Source of the DNA: Eledone cirrhosa
Taxonomy: Eukaryota
Direction: 5' to 3'
DNA length: 64,000 bases
NCBI GenBank assembly: GCA_964016885.1
Contig: OZ024743.1
Coordinates: 9,362,001 to 9,426,000 of the forward strand
The stretch's first letter is position 1, and every line of letters begins with the position of its first letter. The position numbers and the translations under genes are program-made. The notes beneath the pieces were generated by a model. That model was not told the DNA's origin. It did no database searches and worked only from the letters and a program-made list of their open reading frames with translations. Of this stretch, positions 50,411 through 64,000 are shown piece after piece.

Positions 50411-50735
50411 GATGGTAGCTAGGATGCTTCCATAGGCAGTATGACGGTTGAGCACTCTATGCTCTTACAGAGCAGAGTAAGATATAATAGAAAACGAAAA
50501 ATCAATGATGCATCTGAACTCAATTTATTGTGTGTTACAATTGTTTCGCCGGCTGACAGCTCGAGACGCGATCATTGTGTGGGGCTGTCTGATTCTGGAC
50601 CTGCAGGTTCGACGGACACGTCTAATGATTTCGGAGCATATTCGCTCACTGAGAGAATATGCTCCGAATATGCGGCGAAACAATTGTAACGCACAATAAA
50701 TTGAGTTCAGATGCATCACTGATTTTTCGTTTTCT
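50411..50735. mobile_element. ORF-less inverted pair of family-B pLTRs
   Basis: 50411-50645 is homologous in reverse to 31115-31342. Hairpin centre ttcggagcatattc...gaatatgctccgaa. The right arm 50674-50735 restarts at cggcgaaacaattgtaac. Confidence 0.8.
50532..50619 (-). ncRNA. Hammerhead-like motif (family B, core CCGTCGA)
   Basis: Minus strand GTGT CCGTCGA acctgcagg...cagccggc GAAAC aatt GTA ACAC. Confidence 0.5.
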
Positions 50736-50748
50736 ATCATATATATAT

Positions 50749-50901
<153 letters not shown>

Positions 50902-53574
50902 TGTGTGCATGTGTGTGTGCGCGCGTGCGTGTGGGTATGCGTGTGTATGTGTGTGTACAAGATTGTGTACAAATGAATGTAAATAGCAAACAGATAACGT
51001 GAAAGTTAAATATTTGACTTATCCTTGTATTTTCAGTAGTTTCGTTAGACGTAAACTAACAGGTCTAACTCCCTACATGCTATGCATATACATCTTCCTA
51101 GCCATATACCTATCACATCGGAAGCATTTGATTACGTCTAATGATGCCAACTGTAATATGCGGAGCAGTGGAACTGTTAATTCCCGCATACACAAACCCA
51201 TATATATCATATCGTCTTTTAACATTTACCAATTTGTACTTCGATAACTGTTAAAAGAAAATTGGATCATATAAACCTAAGGAACATGGAGGAGAAACAA
51301 GAACAAAATACTGAAATAACTTTATATATTCAATAGCTTTTAAAATGTTATCAGAAAAATCGGAAGTTATAAAACTCTGAAATATGAAAATATCTTGACA
51401 TGCACTTTTTTCTATCCTTTTTTCCTTCAAACTAACATTAACATAATATAAAAGTATTGCCATGATTCTACTGATAACGGGATGTAACATGTTAACAATT
51501 TAAGAGAGAGGAGAGGAGAATGAGATCTCTATGAACGAGTGGTTTAGATACTGAGCTTTTGGTTCCCAGCAAACAAGGTGTTCAAAATAAACAATAGAAT
51601 CTATATTTTTATCAAAAGATATTAAAATGGAAATCTGAAAGATACTTCAGTTTTTCTGGATTGGTAACAAAGGTATATATATATGGAACTTTGATATCAA
51701 TCCGTATATGTACTGTCTCTGCTATTGAATCTTTGTTCTTGTCAGATGAGCCTGTGAGTTGCATGCGAATCTCCAGAGTAACAAAACTCAACTGACATAA
51801 ACAATTAATAATATTTTAATACGCCAAGTTCTACCTTTGCAAAACTGATTTAGAAAACATTTTTCACAGCTCACTACGTCTCAAGCAGAACCGATAAATT
51901 ATCTTTCATCTATTCTTTAAAATACCTAAATTATAAAATATTCTTCAAAATTATTTCAAAACTTGATTAAATTTCCTAATGCTTGTATTTTCTTTTACCA
52001 ATATTTCAATATTAATGTTTCTTCAAACTTACTAAAACGGCTATAAACCGACTCTTTCGGGGTCTCATTAATGTTTGTGTTATTATATTCCAGTTTGCTT
52101 CTGCTGATAATTCTGGTAATCATCACTGTTAATATATTTACACACATTCTCCTTCAATTTTGCGTGAACAATAAACAACATCAATAAACAACTTTTAAAA
52201 GAACTAAGTAAGCACGGATCGTTTAAGAGGCAATATCGATTTTGTATGTCACCAACAAAACACGCTAATTCCGGGAAGTGAATTATTCTCTAAAAATAGC
52301 GTTGCAGTTTTTTCCGTGACTATTTCTAAAGTCTACATCATTGATCTATTTTCATATTCCTTTTGCTATATTCTTCCGTATTGACTTCCATTCCATTTCT
52401 GTAGCTATTGAGATGTTTTTCTTATTTACGTTTACCACAATATGTATTACCGCATTTCTCCTTTGTGCAATGTACTTTCCAATTTATAATAAGTTGTTAT
52501 AAATAGATTTCTCATTGTAAGCTGCCCTTTTCGATGCTGCCATATCTTTTTATTGAAGAATCCTTCTAAGAATAATAACGTAACCAATGATGATACAATA
52601 TTATATTTCCTCATAATTACTCATTCTTTCATTTATTAAAATGTTCTTGTCATGCTTAATATAAAACATGGAGATGTTTGTAGGGTTAATTGCTCTGTTG
52701 CCGACTACTTATTTTGCCGTATATTAGTTTACGATTCTTTTATAGGTACTGGGGTTAAAATATAGGACTATTGCAAACCAGATGATGCGATGTCTCATGA
52801 AGTTTACAGCACATATTGTTAATATAGCTTGTATTACGTTCTTTTAGATTTATCAAGTATACTAAATATGTATATGCATATTATAATAATAGTTCTATTT
52901 CATTTATATCTTAAATTTATCTATATTTCTGAGATGAAATTTTTCAATAATAATGTAGCATGAAGATTGAGCTGAGGTTGAGGTTGTTAACATTTTGTAT
53001 TATATATGAAGCTTATGAGATAGAACCAAGGTTTAGCAAAAACCAATGTAGGAATAGGGTACAAAGAAACGGATCAGATATAGGAGGACGTATTGTGGTA
53101 TTAAGAACAAATAGAGCAATAAAACACAAGGGTTGAAATAAAACGTAAGGGAAACTTAAATAATATTTATGCCTTTCAGAATTATTTATTATGTAATTGA
53201 GGATTTAGTAAGACTTATCTAACAGAGACTGTCCAGAAGTAGGGAATAGCCAACTCACTAACATTTTAGCTAAAGTAATTATATTTACTGTTTAAAACAT
53301 TTGTATCCTTAAATCGTATTTCGTATTGCAGTACAACTGTTTGGTAATAATTTCGCATAGTTTATTAGTAGAAGATGTAGTTTCGACGGTCTACACATCA
53401 ATTTGGAAAAAAAGATAAATATTTTTCTGCATCGGCAGAATCACAAGTATTAGGATTTAAAATAAGAAACGTAAATTTATGCGAAAAATTAGGTAATCAA
53501 AAAAGAAACAATTTAACTTTCATATCATTTCATAGTTAAAATAATTTTCGGCAAAGACAGCCGAAAAAACGCTC

Positions 53575-53815
53575 GCTCAGCCGATGTATACATTAGAAGA
53601 TACTATATATTTTCAACAGCTCAAACGAGTGGCAGAGAAGTACTCAGTCTTGAAAAAGGGCAATAACCCAGAAACATGTTGGCTGTTATTCGATGCTGCT
53701 GTTGAACGAACGGATGACAATAGTCATCAAAAACAAAATATAGCATAAGGAGCCTGTTTGCTTGTAAACGAATCGATTATTATTATTGTTATTCTATATA
53801 ATACCCATGAATACA
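53575..53815 (+). mobile_element. Diverged family-A-like repeat with decayed HHR
   Basis: CAGTC TTGAAAA a GGG caataa CCC a GAAAC at GTT GGCTG at 53645-53685. Flanks are collinear with 26735-26945. Confidence 0.5.
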
Positions 53816-54209
53816 TTTATGTAATCCGCTATGTGAGAGCGAAAAATCAAATTCTAATTTTGTTTTTAATTCAAAAATATCTACGTGAATTTCAAAATAT
53901 TTCTTAAACCTACCAAATTATTCTAAGACAAGTTGCACCCACGTTAAAATTTACATAACTTGCAATCAAGAAATATATGAACACTGTAGATAGCTGGTAA
54001 GTTCTTGTCAAGCCTAGTCTAATTGAGTTATTTTACGCCCCGCTCTCGGCGTAAGGATAATCTAACTACACATTAAGGAATGCGTGCCCTGTTTGTTTTC
54101 GTTTGATTAAGAAATAGTCACCTAAATATTTCAGCAAGTAGGCTATAGGTGTTTCGGCTACAATTTATCAGATTCAATTTTCAAATAGAAGCGCGATGAT
54201 TGTACATAT

Positions 54210-54306
54210 ATTGTTTCTACTTTTTGGCACAAGGCCAGCAATTACTCAGTACATTACTGGTACTTTATTTTATCGACCCCGTAAGGATGAAAGGCAAAGT
54301 TAACCT
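54210..54306 (-). mobile_element. tRNA-derived SINE, 3' half
   Basis: ttgtttctactttttggcacaaggccagcaatt...gaccccgtaaggatgaaaggcaaagttaacc. Confidence 0.75.
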
Positions 54307-54929
54307 TGTACATATATTGATCGTGAATTAAATATGGTAAACGACGTATCATTAAAATCAATCTCAAATAGCTGATTCCTTTTCGTTTAACATCAAAACA
54401 AAACTGTGCAGAGAAAATGAAAATTTATCACTGAACTATTGAACGTATTATGGACGAACCAACGATTAAAGTAAAATAATCCCAGAATAGGTTGGTACAA
54501 AGTTCTGACATAAATGGAATGGAAGGCTTTTTCTAAGAAAGGCTTTGGGAAATTTACAATGCTATAAAGTTATGCCGATGATTGAAAATCATATATAAGT
54601 AATAACAACACTAGTAACTTTAAGCTGATCCTCACAACCACTATAACGACAATCACAAGTATACCTGTATTATCAGCATCGCCAGCATCACGACCATTAA
54701 CATAACCGTCACCAGTATATCCCAAAACACCACTATCGACTAAAAATACAAAATTACAATGACTATGTAGCACTAGAATATTGCAATTTTAAGTCTCTTT
54801 TGAGATTCTCCAGTTCTGATAGAGATAACTTCATATAATGTGGGATGAAAGTTATAGTTATTTTCAGTCAATGTTTGTAAAATCTTTATAGTATTCTGTA
54901 ATAAAATGTATATGGTTCTAATTCAGAAA

Positions 54930-55340
54930 GTGCTTTATTACGTCTAATGAGACTCAACCAACACCCAAGCCTCATCAAGGAGGAGGCAAGGAAAGATCAA
55001 GTAGGTATAGATTGAACAAAGTAGATAAAAGAATAGATCCCTGTGGTATTCCGTTCTCGAATTTGCATGCCGAGGAAGTGTTCTAGCTTGGCGATCCAAA
55101 TAGACAGTGTTTTCTGATATTTCAAGATGTTAAGTATTTTTGTATGTCATTTTGGGGAATGGAATCCAAATTTTGGCTGATGTCATTGGTAATTAGAATG
55201 TGCTGGAGCTTTGTTGTTGGTGGACCCATCATATATTATTTGTTTTAGTTTCATGATTGGTATGTGGATAACTTTGAAGAAGCATGAGTGCCATGAAACA
55301 TTTCTGAGTATTTTGAAAGGATTTCATGTCGGCATTGATG
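54930..55340 (-). pseudogene. Decayed non-LTR RT fragment
   Basis: Minus strand ...FENGIPQGSILLSTLFNLYLLDL, an RT motif of the GVPQGS.L.P.LFN type. Confidence 0.6.
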
Positions 55341-55364
55341 TTCACTTAAATGTTGGTGAAAAGC

Positions 55365-56350
55365 TGTCTAAAAACATAAACGTCAGGAATGGCGTGAATT
55401 AGGAAGATATTCTTGATTCTACACTTTTTGCTATGTTCTTCGCAATGGTTTTCGGGGACTGTAAACATGGTATTTATGTCCACTATCGAACTACAGGAAA
55501 TGCCTTCAACACCAGACATTTTAAGGCAAAGACAAAGGTATTTTTGGCATTGGTGAGGAATTTGCTCTATGCCGACGATTGTGACCTTGAGTATCACACA
55601 GAAGAGGATATACAACTAATGGACGCTTTAGAGAATGCTTGCACTGCCCTAGAGCCGACATTATGTCTCAAGCGAACTGTGGTGATGCTGCAATCTTCAC
55701 CTGGAAACCAATACAGAGAGCCTAATATCTTTGTGTATGCAGATAAAAGTAAAAGTGTACAATGCATGTATTCTCATATCATTACATACAACTTGAAAGG
55801 TTTCACGAAATTAGTCTCAGAAGGTTTACTGGAATTGACTGAAGACACCAGGTAATTGACACCGAGATCTTTGAGAGAACACGCTATACGTGGTTATATG
55901 ATACACACGAATGACAGCCGGCTTCCCAAGAAGATGTTGCATGGAGAACTGGCTAGTGGAAACTACCACCTCATAAGCCAATGAGGAGATATGAAGACTG
56001 TCTTAAAGAATCACTTATATGAGCTAACATCAATATTACAACATAGAAAACTGAATCCTTTCACTGAAGTAAGTGGAGAAAGATGGTCTATCAAGGAAAA
56101 ATTGTTTTCGTGACATCTTGAGTAAAACATGAGAAATTTAAAAGAGATGTCAGAAAGGGACTGTCAGTGGAGTTAACACAATAAACTGGCTATGTCCATG
56201 GTTTAATATGCAAAATCAGTAACAGATTCTGCTTCAGCACGTCTGGTCAGAAAAGTCATTTCCGCAGTCATGAATATAGAGCTCCTGCCGAATTACATGG
56301 TCGAAATACAACATACATATGCAGAAACTGTGACAAATAATGCAAGTCTG
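55365..56350 (+). pseudogene. RTE-clade (BovB-like) LINE fragment
   Basis: GIYVHYRTTGNAFN...KAKTKV...LLYADDC.L..HTEEDIQ, and later RLPKKMLHGELASG. Confidence 0.8.
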
Positions 56351-56382
56351 CTGGCGGCCTCAATGGGCCAATAATTGTTCCG

Positions 56383-56567
56383 AGTTTTGACACATGACCA
56401 GCAATTACCCAGTGCATTACTGGTACTTTATTTTATTATTTTATCTACCCCGTAAGGATGAAAGGCAAAGTTAACCTCGGCGGGATTTGAACTCAGAATG
56501 GCAAGGGCCGTAACTCTGTGCGTCAAAGCATGGCGTCCGACCCTCTACCGATACTGCCAATCCACCG
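56383..56567 (-). mobile_element. tRNA-derived SINE
   Basis: Family core and boxes A/B on the minus strand. Confidence 0.8.
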
Positions 56568-56761
56568 TCAATGGGCCAATAATGTTATGTCGAGAGCGTT
56601 GAACACCTGCCAACTCTGTGAAAACACTGTAAATCACTTGTAGGGCTAAACAAGTTATATCCGTTCGCCTTACCTACAGAGCTGAAGCTGATGTTATTTG
56701 ATAGCCATACTCGATTACGAAGTGTCTACCATCATATATACTTACATATATATATATAATT

Positions 56762-56833
<72 letters not shown>

Positions 56834-56891
56834 CACATATATATATACATATACACACACATACAAATATATATATATATAATTTGCATAT

Positions 56892-56925
<34 letters not shown>

Positions 56926-56953
56926 ATTCATATATATATATAATTTCCATATA

Positions 56954-57076
<123 letters not shown>

Positions 57077-57403
57077 TATATACATATATATATATATATA
57101 ATCTGCATATAAAAATGGAGAGAGGGCATGGATGGCGGATGAAAGTGGAAATATCAATATAGAGAGGAAAAAGTGATACAGAGAATGAGAGAAAGGAAGG
57201 CGGTTAACCAGATAGGAGACATAGGAGGAGGAGTAGATATAGAACGGAAGTGGGAGGGAATATGCCAGCATATAGAAGTAAATCAAATCCTACTAATATC
57301 GATGTATCTTATTTAATCAATAAGTTGACCAAATTTAAATTGTTGGTTTTTGTAGTAGTGAGAGAGGGTGATATCGAAATTTTAAGTAGTCGTTATGTTG
57401 GAG

Positions 57404-57416
57404 CATGATGATGATA

Positions 57417-57466
<50 letters not shown>

Positions 57467-57522
57467 GGCGGTGGTGGCGGTGGAGGTGGTAGTGGTAGTT
57501 GTCATGAAGGTGCTGATAATGA

Positions 57523-57553
<31 letters not shown>

Positions 57554-58305
57554 GGTGGCGGTGGTGGCGATAACAGAGAGGACGATGGTGGTGAGGGTGG
57601 TGGCGGTGGTGATGACGATGGTGGTGGTGAGGGTGGTGGCGGTGGTGGTGGTGAGGGTGGTGGCGGTGGTGGTGGTGAGGGCGGTGGCGGTGGTGGTGGT
57701 GGTGGTGGTGAGGGTGGTGGCGGTGGCGGTGGTGGTGGTGGTGGTGGTGAGGGTGGTGGCGGTGGCGGTGGTGAGGGTGGTGGTGGTGAGGGTGGTGGTG
57801 GCGGTGGTGGTGGTGAGGGTGGTGGCGGTGGCGGTGGTGGTGGTGGTGAGGGTGGTGGTGGTGGCGGTAGTGGTGGTGGTGGCGGTGGTGGTGGCGGTGG
57901 TGGTGGCGGTGGTGGCGGTGGTGGTGAGGGCGGCGGTGGTGGCGAGGGTGGTGGTGGCGGTGGTGATGACGATGGTGGTGGTGAGGGTGGTGGTGGCGGT
58001 GGTGGTGGTAATGTTGTTGGTGGCGGTGATGGTGGCGGTGGTGGTGAGGGTGGTGGCGGTGGTGGTGAGGGTGGCGGTGGTGGTGGTGAGGGTGGTGGCG
58101 GTGGTGGTGAGGGTGGTGGCGGTGGTGGTGAGGGTGGCGGTGGTGGTGGTGAGGGTGGTGGCGGTGGTGGTGAGGGTGGTGGCGGTGGTGGTGAGGGTGG
58201 TGGCGGTGGTGGTGAGGGTGGCGGTGGTGGTGGTGAGGGTGGTGGCGGTGGTGGTGAGGGTGGTGGCGGTGGTGGTGAGGGTGGCGGTGGTGGTGAGGGT
58301 GGCAC
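57404..58305. repeat. (GAT)n/(GGT)n low-complexity array with 21-bp higher-order unit
   Basis: Repeated ggtggtggtgagggtggtggc units. Confidence 0.9.
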
Positions 58306-58399
58306 TGACAGAGTTGTTGGTATAGGAAGTTCTTTTTAAAGAAATCGTTGTTATTAGAATTAGTGGTGGCTGCATGTGGTAGACGTAGGATGGTATTAA

Positions 58400-60562
<2,163 letters not shown>

Positions 60563-60695
60563 GGAAACAGAAGATGTTGCCTCAGGTCAGCTCTGATTCC
60601 GCAGACTTACAATGAGAGACGTTCCACACGTGACTATTTTGTTTTTAATCAGACAGAATGTATCTAGAACTACATTATCGACTGTATTTATTCTT

Positions 60696-60858
60696 TGGCA
60701 GTATCGGTAGAGCATCAGAAACCATGCGTTGCAGCATAGAGTTATGACCCTTTACGTTCTGGGTTCAAATCCCGCCGAGGTTAGCTTTGCCTTTATAAAG
60801 TACCAGTAATTCACTGGGGTAATTGCAGGCATGGTGTATAAAATAGACACAATTATTA
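60696..60858 (+). mobile_element. tRNA-derived SINE (internally deleted)
   Basis: tggcagtatcggtagag...gggttcaaatcccgccgagg...aattatta. Confidence 0.75.
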
Positions 60859-60866
60859 CGTTTTAA

Positions 60867-61053
60867 TTGGCAGTATTGGCAGAGGGTCGGACGCCATGCT
60901 TTGACGCATAGAGTTACGGCCCTTGCCATTCTGAGTTCAAATCCCGCCGAGGTTAACTTTGCCTTTCATCCTTACGGGGTCGATAAAATAAAGTACCAGT
61001 AATACACTGGGTAATTGCTGGCTGGCCTTGTGCCTAACATAGAAACAATTATT
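60867..61053 (+). mobile_element. tRNA-derived SINE
   Basis: Complete head, core and tail, flanked by direct repeat aattattacgttttaatt. Confidence 0.85.
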
Positions 61054-61301
61054 ACGTTTTAATTCGAAGGAGGTATTTCGACCTTCTAACAGATCGAGAC
61101 TCCACTGTTGCTTCCCTCATACAATGCACTTATTGCTGTTGGTTTTGAAAGAATGGAAATGCTGGTAGCGCTATATTAATGCTGGTTGTAGTGATGCTGA
61201 AGCATAGTTAAAATGAAAGCATCTATGTGGAGGTGATGACATTGATAATTATACTGAAGACATGACAGACAGTAGACATCACAGACATCAGTAGAATATC
61301 A

Positions 61302-61490
61302 GTGGATTGGCAGTATCGGTAGAGGGTCGGACGCTATGCTTTGACGTATAGAGTTACGGCTCTTGCTATTCTGAGTTCAAATACCGCCGAGGTTAACTTT
61401 GCCTTTCATCAATACCGGGTCGATAAAATAAAGTACCAGCAATGTTCTGGGTAATTGCTGGCCTTGTGCCAAACGTAGAAACAATTATTA
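61302..61490 (+). mobile_element. tRNA-derived SINE
   Basis: gtggattggcagtatcggtagagggtcggacg...gagttcaaataccgccgagg...agaaacaattatta. Confidence 0.85.
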
Positions 61491-61519
61491 TCGTTGTTGT
61501 TTTTGTTGTTATTATTATT

Positions 61520-62397
61520 ACTTTGATATCTCAGTCATTGATGTTATTTAACCCGGAAATTTACCCTAATGAATATCAAGCCGCTACTTGCAGCCTCAGA
61601 TATTCAGGACGTATCAGAGGGTCCTTGATCTTCCCAGTAGGAAAGTCTTTTGAAGTATTCCCTAAAAGGGGATTGGACTAATGTCCTTAAGCCAGCCTTG
61701 GAAACTCTTGGAGATACCCATTGCTCCTTTGATGATGGGGACGACATTGATCTCATGAAAATCCCAAATCCTTTTCAGTTTCCCCTTTGGATCCTAGTAC
61801 CGGTTAATATTATTCTTCTCCTTTACTTTCATGCTTACCAGCAATATTGTTTTCCTTGTCAAAATCCACCACGTCAGGCCTATTGTGTTCTAATTCTTTT
61901 TCTGTTTGTATCCCGAAATCCCATATCAACTTCACCAGATCGTTTTCTAACACTGACTCTGGCTTATGCTCATACCCCTTCTCAGGGTGGGGTAAATTAT
62001 TTAGTTTGCATAAATGCAAGCGGATCACATTTCCTATGATATCATCTCTCTATCCTTTATAATGAGTGTGGGTTAGGTGATTACACTCGGATACGATGTG
62101 GTCTACAGTTTCCTCTTTCTCTCCACAGATTCGAGAGAGAAATCTAGCCTCCTCGTTGTCAATGTGGTGTATCATCCATTTATTTCTAAGGGTTTGCTCT
62201 TGTGCAGCCACTAGCATTCCTCTGTAGCTTTCTTAATGTCCCTTTTCTTCAACCAGTTTCATCTCTGCGGGTGTCTGAATTCCGTTTTCTTCAGGAAGAT
62301 GCTATGAGGGCTTTCTCCGTCCTCCTGTCTATTATCCCTTCCTTCAACACAACCTTAACAATTGGTTCGTTGCACTCAGACACATATTTATGCAAAC
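61520..62397 (-). pseudogene. Decayed R4/Dong-like LINE 3' fragment (second copy of the 2102-3156 family)
   Basis: LHLCKLNNLPHPEKGYEHKPESVLEN..VKLIWDFGIQT.KELEHNRPD. The 3' UTR gaatatctgaggctgcaagtagcggcttgatattca matches 3074-3108, followed by an (AAT/AAC)n tail. Confidence 0.85.
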
Positions 62398-62698
62398 AGC
62401 TCGGCCTCAATAAGTTCCTTGTTTTCATTGTTTACAACATTTTTATTGTTATAATCTTTCTCAAATTCTTGTTAATAAGGTGCTCATATCTGCTCGGAGT
62501 AAAGGGTGTCCTTGAAACGCCGGCCTTATGGGAAAGATCTGTATTTTAAATACAAAATACAACCTTTACTTTTTATTCAAAGAATGGAATAAAAACTTCT
62601 CTCACGGCACTCGTAAAATAGAATAGCAAGGTATCTACTGAAGGTCTCTCTTAACGCCAACATTTCAAATATAACGAAAAACGAAAGGATAACATTTA

Positions 62699-62890
62699 TA
62701 ATTGTTTCTACTTTTGGCACAGGGTCAGCAATTACCCCAGTGCATTACTGGTGCTTTATTTTATCGACTCCGGAAGGATGAAAGGCAATGTTAAGCTCGG
62801 CGGAAATTGAACGTAGACCGTAAAGGGCCGTAACTCTATGCTGCAAAGCATCGCGTCCGACCCTCTACCGATACTGCCAATCCACCGCCC
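62699..62890 (-). mobile_element. tRNA-derived SINE
   Basis: Family core on the minus strand, ending ...gatactgccaatccaccgccc. Confidence 0.8.
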
Positions 62891-64000
62891 TCCGGATAAC
62901 ATTACTAATAACACTAGTAGGAGCGACAAAAACAACAGTAATAATTGTATTTTAAGCCCAAAGGATAAAAAGTTTCGTTGAGTAGCAGTTAGAACGATGC
63001 TACAATGGCCAGCATCACCACTACTACAACAAAAAATATCGCCGAAGGCAACAACAATGATAGTGATGATAGAAAAAAAATCGACGATAAGACTAATGGC
63101 AACAACTTAAACAACATCAACAATGAAAGAAAACACATTGGTCTGCGTATAATTAAAACTCGACGCCAGGAAACAAGAGTGCTGCCACAAATTAAGAAAG
63201 TCTTAAAGGAAATATGGCACGGCATTGCATTCCGAAGCATGGCAGTGATTTCTGAAGCGAGACACTCGCCCTAAAACACGATGTGATCCCCTGTCATAGC
63301 GACGATTATGTTCTCTTCCCGTCCTATTTAAGAAAAGAAACATGGGTATGGATTTCGGATGTCTAACTGGAATTTTTACATCTATTTGATTCTAGTCTGT
63401 GGTGTGCAGGAAGCCTAAAATGATCTAGAAGAGAGATCTGTTGTGGGATCAGTTTTGAGAACTACCTCGGATTAAACCAGAAGTTTGGATAATATCGCAG
63501 ACATTATTCGCCAGCCGAATGGAGTCGAAATGCAAATAAACTCCTCCAACACATTCTCGAATACATTATCAAAACCACACGCGCATCAAATACAGTTAAA
63601 TCTACAACACCAAGTCCAAAAGCGCCAGCACTGCGAACACCACAAGCACCCACCACAACCAAAAATAAAAATAAACACAAGAACATGAATAACAGCAGGA
63701 ATAGCAACAAAACACCTACACAAATATTTGGGCTCGTGACACACTAAAGCTACTTGATGCACCTCATAGCACAAATAAATTATATTGCGATAGAATATGA
63801 TAATTTGAAATCTATCACTATCAAAGTTCCGCAAAATCTAAAAATAATCAAAGTAAAAGTTGCCACTTACAAAACAATGAAGCAGTAATTCTCACCTGCC
63901 TCTGGACCCACCAGTTGGCTTCTAAAGGGATTCTCGAAGGTTGATAATGGCCCTTAAACTTTTCCTCACCACAAAGCATGAGGGGTGAATTATTCTTGCA

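Noticed and set aside
60867-60950. tRNA gene suggested by box A/box B
   Set aside because: The boxes are the head of a multi-copy SINE and no cloverleaf or acceptor stem is evident.

Overview
This is repeat-dominated, AT-rich eukaryotic genomic DNA. The SINE family and microsatellite load resemble a coleoid cephalopod, probably an octopod (inference only). No confident host protein-coding gene, rRNA, tRNA gene or CRISPR array is visible. The window holds three large L1/Tx1-clade LINE copies, one with an intact 1145-aa APE-RT-CCHC ORF2, all inserted at TATC/TATATC repeats. It also holds two R4/Dong-like RLE LINE 3' fragments next to (TAA)n, RTE, CRE-like and other RT remnants, four Penelope-like element (PLE) GIY-YIG remnants, about 11 copies of a tRNA-derived SINE, two adjacent TTAA-bounded fold-back elements and about 3 kb of (GGT)n/(AGT)n repeats. 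The main hidden signal is a dense set of type I hammerhead-ribozyme (HHR) motifs: more than a dozen intact or decayed copies from several unrelated families. Many lie in inverted-repeat or palindromic elements of 0.3-2.7 kb whose 3' ends always point outward, mostly into (TA)n tracts. One of these is a spacer-less 2.7-kb palindrome at 23211-25927. All calls are by eye, and coordinates of decayed elements are approximate.
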